From: a virus
DNA: 64,000 nucleotides
Direction: 5' to 3' (one strand)
Virus record (IMG/VR): IMGVR_UViG_3300020118_000165
Location: 7,703-71,702 of that record
The notes under the pieces were generated by a model. The model searched no databases. It saw only the letters and a list, made by a program, of their open reading frames with translations, and was not told the origin of the DNA. The position numbers and the translations under genes are program-made. Below are positions 26,055 to 34,539 of this stretch, in pieces. Within the stretch, counting starts at the first letter, position 1. The number at the start of each line of letters is the position of its first letter.

Positions 26055-26201
26055 TCAGCGCGGCGTTGGTTCAAACTGCCAGCCGCGTTCCTGCATGAAC
26101 TTGATCAGCGCTTCGGCGTCGGCGTCCACGGTCTCGTCTGAGACTTCGCCGTAGTAATACTGCCGGATGAACTCTTTCAGGTGGCGCTCTGGATTATCCA
26201 T
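26055..26201 (-). CDS. 48-aa protein, paralog of the ORF starting at 24512
   Basis: Hand-translated MDNPERHLKEFIRQYYYGEVSDETVDADAEALIKFMQERGWQFEPTPR; GAGG SD. Confidence 0.6.
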   Translation of the reverse strand: MDNPERHLKEFIRQYYYGEVSDETVDADAEALIKFMQERGWQFEPTPR

Positions 26202-26432
26202 GTTTCCTCTCGCTTTCGACCGAAATGCGGGTCAGTTGTCCGCGATAAATGTCTTGGTTCCGATGGTCCACCCCGGCGATACGCCGGGCCACGCGACCGG
26301 CTGACCGATGCGGCGCGCGATCCATTTTCGGATGCCGTGCCAAGGTATCATGAACACGATCAGTTCCAGCCTATCCATCTTCATCCTTCCTCGCCCGTCC
26401 TCTCGCCCGATGGGGCACGCGATCCAATCAAA

Positions 26433-26687
26433 TCAGCCACATACTGCATTCCGGTGATGAGCGAGCGCGCGTTCTAGTTCGGCCACGTCGGCGGCCAACA
26501 TTTCGATGACCTTCGGGTTGGGCGTGGCGCCAATCAACGCCGAGTCGAGCCCGCGGAGCACGCGGCTGCCAGCCATGTAAACCGGCTGGCACTGCTCTTC
26601 GAGCCAATCAAGCAGCTTACCTCTTACCTTCATAATCTCAGCCCGCGTAGCCTTCGGGCGAAACGTCTCTGGGCGAGGGGCGGTCAT
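26433..26687 (-). CDS. Hypothetical protein
   Basis: ATGA-coupled early ORF. Confidence 0.45.
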   Translation of the reverse strand: MTAPRPETFRPKATRAEIMKVRGKLLDWLEEQCQPVYMAGSRVLRGLDSALIGATPNPKVIEMLAADVAELERALAHHRNAVCG

Positions 26688-26869
26688 TTGCCGGCCTCGT
26701 CGTATTCCTCAAGGTCGCAATCATCATCACAGGCGGCACCGCCGTCACAATATGGGCAGGGATATTCCCCGTTGTTCTCGCACACGCACAGGTCGCCACC
26801 GCAATAGCAGTCAAGCCATCCTGTGTTGTTGCATTCGCTGCAATATCCTTGTGTGGGACGTAGGGTCAT
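26684..26869 (-). CDS. Cys-rich Zn-finger protein
   Basis: CSEC...CYCGGDLCVC...CPYCDG. Confidence 0.55.
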   Translation of the reverse strand: MTLRPTQGYCSECNNTGWLDCYCGGDLCVCENNGEYPCPYCDGGAACDDDCDLEEYDEAGK

Positions 26870-27195
26870 TTGCCTTCGGCCTTCGCAATGGCTTCCTCTG
26901 CCGCGATTTTTGCCTTCACACGGAAATCGACGTGGTTGAGGTCCTGGTTGTCGTAATTTCTCGCGATGGCCTTTAGGGTTTCTAGCAGATCAGGGGCGGC
27001 GGCGAGCGTTGGCTTCGACCTCTTCGTCATTCCTTCGGCCGCCCAATCCGTAACGGCCCTTGAGGTACTTGAGTTGGCAGATTGCACTACCGTCCGCTTC
27101 GCGGATTATTGTCCCCTCCGCCTCTTTCCAATTCCCAAGGCCCCGGCGCGTGCATTGTCATCGTTCCTCTAGCTTTGCAGAAGTGAGCGCGGGAC

Positions 27196-27789
27196 TCACA
27201 GAGCCTCGCCCAAGATTTCCCGGCTCAAGGCACCATACTTTTCTTCGTCACCGATGACCTCTCCAGTGAGAGCAACGATCCACCAGCGCTCGCCCTTCCA
27301 TTTCGGCGGCAGTAGCGTGGCGTGAAGCGTGCCTGCGTTGCAGAGATTGAGAGGACCGGCCGCGGTATGCACGACACCTGGCGCAGCGGCTTCGATTTTT
27401 CCGCCGCCGTTTGCGGCATGGCCGGTGGCGCTTGATCGCCAAAAGGCGATCGTTGCTCCTGCGGCTCGGAGAGCAACTAATCGCTTACGAAAAAAGTCTG
27501 GCCAGCGAGACGCGAAAGCGTCAATGGTGGCCAGCCAATATTCTTTACTCCCGTCCCCGGACCCGTACCCGTACCCGGACCCGGACCCGGACCCGGACCC
27601 GTCCCCGTACCCGTCCCCGTACCCGGACCCGTCCCCGTACCCGTCCCCGTACCCGTCCCCGGACCCGTCCCCGTACCCGTCCCCGTACCCGTCCCCGGAC
27701 CCGTCCCCGTCCCCGTACCCGGACCCGGACCCGGACCCGAGAAGGCTCGCCGCCTTCGCCGGCTCGCCTCTAAGGATCAGCGGCTCCAT
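27196..27789 (-). CDS. Gly-X (GYGDGSG) repeat protein
   Basis: ~32 Gly-(S/Y/D) units; start at ATG 27789 with GGAG SD. Confidence 0.7.
   Translation of the reverse strand: MEPLILRGEPAKAASLLGSGSGSGYGDGDGSGDGYGDGYGDGSGDGYGDGYGDGSGYGDGYGDGSGSGSGSGYGYGSGDGSKEYWLATIDAFASRWPDFFRKRLVALRAAGATIAFWRSSATGHAANGGGKIEAAAPGVVHTAAGPLNLCNAGTLHATLLPPKWKGERWWIVALTGEVIGDEEKYGALSREILGEAL
27549..27740. repeat. Hexamer tandem array GGG(TCC/TAC/GAC) on the minus strand
   Basis: ccgtcc/ccgtac/ccggac tandem units on the plus strand. Confidence 0.95.
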
Positions 27790-28076
27790 GGCGCGCTCTC
27801 CCATGCCTGGGCGGCATCAGACGAGCACTCCGCAACGCAAGTGATATCGCGCAGCTCGATATCGGCCTGCGGCCCGATCTTGCAGGACTTACTCGGGCCG
27901 GTCGAAGCGAGGCCAAGGAATCCCTTCACATCGCTTGACCAGTAGATGCAATTGCGCGCGGCCCGCAGCGCGATAGTGGCGCCGTCCGTCTTGGTGGCGT
28001 AGCCGAAGAACACGCCGCGATGTGCGGTAGTGACGAGCACCGCGCGTTCCTTCTTCCGGTTCGGGTGATTTACCAT
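27777..28076 (-). CDS. DUF6948-like conserved phage protein
   Basis: VLVTTAHRGVFFG...ARNCIYW...LASTGP; precedes the Gly-X repeat gene. Confidence 0.65.
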   Translation of the reverse strand: MVNHPNRKKERAVLVTTAHRGVFFGYATKTDGATIALRAARNCIYWSSDVKGFLGLASTGPSKSCKIGPQADIELRDITCVAECSSDAAQAWESAPWSR

Positions 28077-28380
28077 CTTGCAGCCCTCTGCCCCTGAAAT
28101 CCCCGAGGCGCGGGAACTCGTTTTCACTTGCTCATCAATCATCATTGAGCCGGAACGGCCCATGATCCTCGCAGGTAAGCTGGCACAACTTCTCGCCGTC
28201 GGCTTCCAGGGCGTCTTGCATGTCGAGATCGTCCAAGGTTACCGGCTCCGTTTCGCAACACTCTGGGCAACCCGCATCATCGCACTTGCAGCATTCCGGC
28301 TCCCACTCATCATCTGGCGAGGCGAGTTTCCACGAATCGTAGGTCGTGTAGATCACTCGGCGGTATGGCATTGCGTCCTC

Positions 28381-28635
28381 TCAAGTTTGCGGCGCTTTGC
28401 AGGTCCGGCGTTCCCACCAAGTATCGCCATAGTCGAAGTCCCATTCTTGGATCAGAAAGTTGACGCAATCCCATTCCTTGCGGCTGATCTCTTGCGGCGG
28501 CTTCATTGTCAGAAGGAAGCCTTTTTCCTCTCTCCAATCGCTATTTTTTAGGAACTGCAACGGGCCATGGAGATCGATGGAACCGAAATATCGCTCCATG
28601 TCGGCGCGAAGTTCATTGTTTGCGGTTGGCATCAA
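28381..28635 (-). CDS. Hypothetical protein
   Basis: Small early ORF with GGAGG SD. Confidence 0.5.
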   Translation of the reverse strand: MMPTANNELRADMERYFGSIDLHGPLQFLKNSDWREEKGFLLTMKPPQEISRKEWDCVNFLIQEWDFDYGDTWWERRTCKAPQT

Positions 28636-29035
28636 AGTCCCTCCCTGATTTACAATCAGCGCGTCAGTTGTTCATTTCTGCCAGAGAGACCAAGCCCGCC
28701 TCGCCCAGCCTCCTGAAATAATCGTCACGCTGCTTGCGTAGTTGTTCGATTTCGGCCTTTGCGGCCTTATGAAGCCGCAGCATGGCGTACACGCCCTCGC
28801 CGGGTGGATAGGCGTAGAGGGAAAAGTTTTCCAACCGATCGAGGATCGTGTCAGCCATTTTAGCCGCCCTCGACCATTTCGGCGTACATTTTCCACTGAC
28901 GCAAAGCTTGCTTGAGAGCGCTACGCAAGCTATCGATCTCGGCCGCAGCCCATCGGAGAGCCGTTGCTGTATCTGGATCGTCCGACCTGCCGATCAGGTC
29001 AGCATGGCGGCGGAGAGCGTCTGACATATGCGGGA

Positions 29036-29355
29036 TCATGGCTTCCACGTGCAAGTGATGGCGTGGGCATCTGAATTGCTGCCGCATGATGGACACTCTT
29101 TTTCGTCTGCTGGCTCGAAACGTCCGTCCATAAACTCAGCGGTCGGCCTGACCCACACAGAGAGGGGTTTAACGCTGCGGTAAACGGTCCAACCGTATTC
29201 TCATCGAACATGCGCTCAAACTCGGGCGCCGCAGAGCATTGGAGCGCGGCACAGCCCGTTATTACCTCGTAGACGTGGCCACGCTGTTTGTGTCGCCAGC
29301 GCGATCCGGGCGCCGGGTCTATCAGGTCTGGGCGGTCATCAATCAGCGATGGCAT
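29036..29355 (-). pseudogene. DUF1653-like protein, frameshifted near 29195
   Basis: RWRHKQRGHVYEV in one frame; WTVYRS...WVRPTAEFMDGRFE in another. Confidence 0.6.
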
Positions 29356-29724
29356 TCACGACTCCCTCAGTGTTTCCGTATGAGCGCGGCGCTCGTAGAT
29401 AAGCGCCGCAGCTACGTCCCTGATCATGCTCGGATCGTGGCGCATGATCGTCTCAAGTTCTGCATCGTCGGCTCGCATCAGCCGGTCGGCGGCGGCCGTA
29501 GTGTTGCGAGTAGCCACCGTCACCATACGGTTCGGCACATAGGCTTTGCTCTTGGTGTCGTATTTCATTGCCCCAGGGTGAGATTTTAAGAAGCTCCTGA
29601 AATCGCGGGCGGCTTGCGCCGCGCTGATCCCAAACGTCCGGATTAGATCGCTGCGGTTCACGACGGCACCCGAACGCAAGCGGTCTCCGATAAAAGCCAG
29701 CCGCTGACGTTGTGCCCACCGCAT
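29356..29724 (-). CDS. Stand-alone winged HTH resembling the N-terminus of CapW/WYL repressors
   Basis: MRWAQRQRLAFI...VNRSDLIRTFGISAAQAARDF...PGAMKYDTKSKAY. Confidence 0.7.
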   Translation of the reverse strand: MRWAQRQRLAFIGDRLRSGAVVNRSDLIRTFGISAAQAARDFRSFLKSHPGAMKYDTKSKAYVPNRMVTVATRNTTAAADRLMRADDAELETIMRHDPSMIRDVAAALIYERRAHTETLRES

Positions 29725-29760
29725 TTTTCCCTCGCTCAAGGCCCGTGTTGCGTTTCCGTA

Positions 29761-29856
29761 TCAGTGCGGCGAATAGCGAACTGCTAGAAACAAGCACACA
29801 CCCCAAACCGTAAGGACGAAAATGATTGAACCAAAATCCCATGGTTCCCATCTCAT
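29761..29856 (-). CDS. 31-aa membrane peptide between 19-bp direct repeats
   Basis: MRWEPWDFGSIIFVLTVWGVCLFLAVRYSPH; GAGGGA SD in the repeat. Confidence 0.45.
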   Translation of the reverse strand: MRWEPWDFGSIIFVLTVWGVCLFLAVRYSPH

Positions 29857-29879
29857 AAAAGTCCCTCGCTCAAGGCCCG

Positions 29880-30394
29880 TCAGCGCGCGATTATGTTTTG
29901 CGCGTTGGGCGATTTCAGCGGCATCAGCGCGCCCTCGCCGCCGTCAAACCGGAACAGCAAGGGTTTCTCAGGAATAGCTTTGGCAATCTCGACCTTCGGC
30001 AGAGATTGAACCATCACCATGTACTTCCCAGAAAAAGCCACGCCATCAATCTGGATCGATTTGCCGTACCACGGGGGCTCCTCTCCGCTCCCGCCGCAGG
30101 CCGGGCAGACGCAGGAGCATCCAGGGCATTCGTATTCAACTCCGCGCCCCTCGCACTCCTCACAATCCCGTCCGGCGACAACTCAAATGCGGGAAGCGGC
30201 TCGAACGTGGCCACCTCCATGCCCTCAAAGGGCTTTTCCACGTTGAATTGCTGGTCCACGTCGCCTATCCCATCCTGTGGCGGAATGCGCACGACGATTC
30301 GTCCATCGGTGGCGTAGGTCTTGCCGCAGCGCGTGAACGGCTTTAACAGATAGGGCCGCGTTTCGTCGGTGCCGCAGAAGCGTTGAAGGTCCAT
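29880..30394 (-). pseudogene. Beta-clamp-like (YATDG) protein with DnaJ-type Zn finger, frameshifted near 30175
   Basis: RPYL...YATDGRIVVR in frame 1; CEECEGRG...CPACGGSG...PLLFRFDGGEGALMP in frame 2. Confidence 0.6.
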
Positions 30395-30431
30395 TGTGAA
30401 TCTCTCACTTACTTGTTGTCTATGAATTATA

Positions 30432-30704
30432 TCACACTTCCCTAATACGGCGAAGCTTCTCCAGCTTGCGCTCCATGTAGCCGTCACGGATGTAGGCGAG
30501 GATCGTCGTACGGTGGCGGCCGCCCAGCAGGTTGCCGACCTGCCGCCTGGATAGCTTCCGCTCGTGCGTCAGGCGCTGCGCCGCTTCTCTCCTCGCTTGG
30601 AGCATGCTGCCACCATTGCCGCGCGGCTTGGAGCGACCGCGTATCGCCGAGACCGTAGTTTCGTGCTTGGCGGCGACCTCAGCCAAGATAGCTATGGCGT
30701 CCAT
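30432..30704 (-). CDS. DnaA C-terminal HTH-like protein
   Basis: IRGRS...QARREA...LS..QVG..LGGRHRTTIL. Confidence 0.7.
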   Translation of the reverse strand: MDAIAILAEVAAKHETTVSAIRGRSKPRGNGGSMLQARREAAQRLTHERKLSRRQVGNLLGGRHRTTILAYIRDGYMERKLEKLRRIREV

Positions 30705-31048
30705 GACATTCCTCCGTCGTCTTCTGGATAGATATCCTGCAAATCGACGCGCGCACGTAACTCGGCCAAGTGCCTCACGACGGCAACGTGAACCCGCATC
30801 ACGCAACGCCAACAGACGCACTCGTTCTCGTGCTTCTCGAGCAGTATATCTTCGACCTCATGCCGCTCCATCCCGGTCTCGCGCAACTTGGCCTTGACCT
30901 GGTGGAACCCGTACCGATAGTTGTCGCGCAGCCATTTGTAGTCGGACACGTGATCAAACACCGCGCTCGGCCCGTGCACTCCGATTGCCAGCAACACCCC
31001 CTCCAGCTTTAGGTCATGCTCGTCTGGGCCGCGGCGGCGCCTGCTCAT
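30692..31048 (-). CDS. Hypothetical protein
   Basis: ATGA-coupled; CVCWRC. Confidence 0.45.
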   Translation of the reverse strand: MSRRRRGPDEHDLKLEGVLLAIGVHGPSAVFDHVSDYKWLRDNYRYGFHQVKAKLRETGMERHEVEDILLEKHENECVCWRCVMRVHVAVVRHLAELRARVDLQDIYPEDDGGMSWTP

Positions 31049-31224
31049 ATCAGCCTCTCGCCCTCGCAAATCTTGCGATAGTCCTGCACGATCGCCGCCA
31101 TGCACTCGATCTGATAGTCGGCGTCTTCCTGTTTCATCCGCCCCTCTTTCACCCAGCGTGGATATGCAGCCTTGCGCATGGCTAGTTCCCGCTTCGCACA
31201 CGCGAACTTTTCGGCCTCGGTCAT
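31045..31224 (-). CDS. Conserved phage hypothetical protein
   Basis: CAKRELAMRKAAYPRWV..GRM. Confidence 0.6.
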   Translation of the reverse strand: MTEAEKFACAKRELAMRKAAYPRWVKEGRMKQEDADYQIECMAAIVQDYRKICEGERLI

Positions 31225-32723
31225 GCGTTGCCCTCTTGTTGCGACTGTTCTTCCCTCCGCTTGCTCTTCGCCCATGCTATCTGCTGGCTACGTATCCACG
31301 AGCGGACTTCAAGGGACGGAGTTATAGCGCCGACGCCATCCATGCCGCGCGGCCAGCAATCGAACTTGATCTTGTACTTGTGAGATGCCCAGCCACGAGC
31401 GTATCCCTTCTCGCCGCTGTACCCGAGTAGCATAGCATAAAATACTCGCTTCTCCAACTCGGACCATTGGCGCTTCCCCGCCCGCTTGCGCGCGCCGTTC
31501 GTGACCTCGACGAGCTCAGCCGCGTCGTCCTCGTAGATGCCGTTTACCGCCTGCGTCTCGAACCCGCAGTTCGGACATTTGCGCGTCCGCGCCGGCTTCA
31601 GCACGTGGCACCGCGGACACTCCTTCGGCAGCGAAACCCTGCGCTCCGCCTTCGCCGCCTCCTTCCCGCCGTTCAATTGCTCGTGGTGGATGTCGGTCAC
31701 GAAACCCAGCCGCATCGTACTGTCGCTGTGGTCGAGCACGAGCGCGCGCTCTTTGCCAGGCGCGGTGCGCAGCGCGCGGCCGATGATCTGCGTGTAGAGG
31801 ATCTCCGACCGCGTCGGCCTCGCGAGCACAAGGCAACGCACATCCCAATCAACCCCGGTCGTGAGCGTGCCAACATTCGCGACAATTCGTACTTGGCCAT
31901 TATGAAAATCCCGCTTGATCTGCGTCCGCTCCGCCGTCGGCGTCTTCGCGTCCTGGTAGGCGCAAGCCACGCCAGCAGCAGTGAACCTCTCCTGCAGCGC
32001 CTTCGCGTGCGCGCAGTCGACCCCGAAGCAGAACGTCTTGTCCTTGTTCCAGCGATTGAGCCATGTTTGCACGATATCGGCGGACAGACCGCCTTGCTGC
32101 ATGGCCTGCGACAGTTGCCCCTCGTGGTAGTCCCCCGCAACCACCTTCACGTTCCGCAGGTCCGGGTGCCCCGTGGCGAAGATCTGGAACGGCGAGAGGA
32201 ACCCCTTCTCAATCAATTCCCCCGTCGTCGCAGCCACCAGCAGCGTCTCGAAATGCCTCCCCAATCCCTTCGTCCACGGCGTGGCGCTCAAGCCGATGAA
32301 CGGCACGCCCCTCCAGTTCTCGTCGGCCAGCCAGCGCTTGTGCGTCTCGTGCAGCTGGTGACACTCGTCGAACACCACCACCTGCGCCTCTGGCCACGCG
32401 CCCCTCCGCGTCAATGTCTGCACGGAACATATTTGGACCTTGCGACCCCAGTCCGTCAGCTGGTGGTTCGCCTGGATGACCCCGATATCCTTGATGCCTT
32501 CCTCGTGGAACGCCTGCACCGTCTGGTCCACCAGCGATATCGCCGGCACCACGAACGCCATCCGGTTGCCCTTGCGCAGTGCCCCCTCGCAAACAGCCGC
32601 AGCCAAAGCCGTCTTGCCAGACCCTGTCGGGCTTTGGAGCGCCACGCGCCGCACCCCCTGCCGCACCGATTGCCGCAGATTCTCGAGCGCCTGCGCCTGA
32701 TGCGCCCACAGCTCCCGGTTCAT
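31221..32723 (-). CDS. SF2 DEAD/DEAH-box helicase with C-terminal Zn ribbon
   Basis: PTGSGKT, DECH, LSATP, LTTGVD, QIIGRALR, CPRC...CPNC. Confidence 0.93.
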   Translation of the reverse strand: MNRELWAHQAQALENLRQSVRQGVRRVALQSPTGSGKTALAAAVCEGALRKGNRMAFVVPAISLVDQTVQAFHEEGIKDIGVIQANHQLTDWGRKVQICSVQTLTRRGAWPEAQVVVFDECHQLHETHKRWLADENWRGVPFIGLSATPWTKGLGRHFETLLVAATTGELIEKGFLSPFQIFATGHPDLRNVKVVAGDYHEGQLSQAMQQGGLSADIVQTWLNRWNKDKTFCFGVDCAHAKALQERFTAAGVACAYQDAKTPTAERTQIKRDFHNGQVRIVANVGTLTTGVDWDVRCLVLARPTRSEILYTQIIGRALRTAPGKERALVLDHSDSTMRLGFVTDIHHEQLNGGKEAAKAERRVSLPKECPRCHVLKPARTRKCPNCGFETQAVNGIYEDDAAELVEVTNGARKRAGKRQWSELEKRVFYAMLLGYSGEKGYARGWASHKYKIKFDCWPRGMDGVGAITPSLEVRSWIRSQQIAWAKSKRREEQSQQEGNA

Positions 32724-33264
32724 GCGCTTTGCTCCATCAGGTCGCCCCTCCATCCTCTAGAGAGAGTCTATTCTTTCTTAACTTTCTTCTTTGGTAGCTT
32801 TCTTTCTTTCTTCTCTCTCTTCTCAGCACCCCCCTACCCCCCATTCGGCCCAGAAAGCCGAATTGGGAAGGCAGGGGAGTGGGCCGCCCCGTTACGAGCG
32901 ACCTGTGCCCGGCATTTCACGCAGTTTCGGCATCCGGGCTGACGACTTGTACGTCCGCCTACACCCTGCCTCATCCGCCCCCACTGCGCGGGAGCCGCGG
33001 CCAACCGGGGCCGCAGCTTACTGGCGGCCTAGAACCCCCAAGCGCGCCCAGGCAACTCGCGCTCTCCTGGCGGAGACGCACGTTGCGGCAGTTGGCGGAG
33101 CGCCGTGATGTGGAGGCATGCGGAACCAATCCCCAAGAAACGGGCGGTCCAATCATGTCTTTGGGCAGGAGATGGACTTGCTGGAGGCTTGACCGGCGCT
33201 ATATATGCCGTTAAACCATCCGTCAGGTCCGAAATACCCGCTCAAAGGCAGTTTCGGATCGTTC

Positions 33265-33304
33265 ACCCGCCGAGTTCTCCATCGGGCTCGGCGGGTTTCT
33301 TTTT
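33265..33304 (+). terminator. Rho-independent terminator-like hairpin
   Basis: acccgccgag/ctcggcgggt 10-bp stem followed by ttctttttg. Confidence 0.55.
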
Positions 33305-33411
33305 GTCGCGCATATGACGGAGAAATGCAAGCGCTATCCGTAGCGGTCTTGAGAGATGGAAGCGCTATATGTTGATTGGTTGCCCCGAGCGGAGCGGCAT
33401 CCAGCCGCGAA

Positions 33412-33606
33412 TCAGTGGCTGGCGCGAGGCGTTTCATGCGCGGCCACATCCTCCTCCGCGATCTGGCGCAGCAGGGAGGAAGCCAATTCGCCCGGAGTCC
33501 AGCAAGGCTCGCCCTTGGCGCTGGCGACCGCGTTCAGGTCGAACAACAGACCGCTGAACCAGCCAGCCGTCTCGTCGGTCAGGTCTATCTCTATGCGGAT
33601 CGACAT
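33412..33606 (-). CDS. Hypothetical protein
   Basis: Small ORF in operon orientation. Confidence 0.45.
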   Translation of the reverse strand: MSIRIEIDLTDETAGWFSGLLFDLNAVASAKGEPCWTPGELASSLLRQIAEEDVAAHETPRASH

Positions 33607-33685
33607 GGGCGCCGCGTATAAATGATTCGGCGGACGGAAGAAAGTTCGGTTCCCTACCTTTTCTACAAATGATATATGGAACGCG

Positions 33686-33877
33686 CTGAGCGGGAGACGG
33701 CCGGTAAACAGGTGACAGTAAACTTACGCTTCCCCAGATGGACCGCGGACCAGGTTAGCCAAAGCGCTTGGCGGCCTGGGAGGTTCGGGGACGGGAAGAG
33801 GGACGCCTCGCTGTCAGACCCGGGCGCACCGTCGCGTGAGGTGCCTGCTGTAATCGCGGTCGCCGTCTCCCGCTCAG
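33686..33877. ncRNA. Candidate structured RNA element C
   Basis: 16-bp perfect terminal IR plus nested stems; intergenic. Confidence 0.55.
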
Positions 33878-34539
33878 GCCGTTGCCTTGGGGCGGTGTTC
33901 CCGGCAGTACCACGCCCCGAGCTTGCCAGAACGCAGGTGAACGCCGTAGCCGAAGGCGCCCCATGCTCCGCAACGACAATAGTGTTCGAATGGTCCATCT
34001 GGGTAACGGTCAATTGCCTCGACGGCAGACGGCGTGACGATCCGTACGCCCCCAATTTCTTTGCGGACAACAGAGGTTGGGACGGGACAGCTCACGCTCC
34101 AATAATCCGGATTCCTGGAACGCGCCTCACCGTATGACCTTAACCACTCATCTTTGTTGAGGTCCCAGGCCTTTTGCGTTGCCTCGCGCGGAAGAAACCA
34201 GCATGTCCACGTCGGCATGAATACATAGCCGAACAAATTGCAAAGCTTTCCGGTGTCAGCGACCCACCCCAGAGTGATCCTGCCGTCATCGTGCTCATGC
34301 TTAAACTCCAGAGCGATATCACCCCATTGTCGCTTTCTCAGCTTCCAGTCAATCATGACTGCTGGCCCGTGCGGAACGGCAACAGAACAATCTATGCCAG
34401 AGCGATTTTCTATTGAGCCTGCCGGAAAATATTTTCCGCTGGTCGCGTCTGGGAACGCCATTTTTAGAATAGCAACCAACTCGGGAGCGCGGCCTTGTAT
34501 TTGCTCGGCGGCGTGATCAATGTGGAAGTCGCGGATCAC
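33874..34539 (-). CDS. Putative PD-(D/E)XK nuclease-like protein
   Basis: GIDC...IDWK.R...DIALE; GTGA-coupled. Confidence 0.55.
   Translation of the reverse strand: MIRDFHIDHAAEQIQGRAPELVAILKMAFPDATSGKYFPAGSIENRSGIDCSVAVPHGPAVMIDWKLRKRQWGDIALEFKHEHDDGRITLGWVADTGKLCNLFGYVFMPTWTCWFLPREATQKAWDLNKDEWLRSYGEARSRNPDYWSVSCPVPTSVVRKEIGGVRIVTPSAVEAIDRYPDGPFEHYCRCGAWGAFGYGVHLRSGKLGAWYCREHRPKATA

Noticed and set aside
27549-27740. CRISPR-like array
   Set aside because: In-frame hexamer repeat with no spacers
31467-32942. 491-aa plus-strand ORF
   Set aside because: Antisense shadow of the helicase
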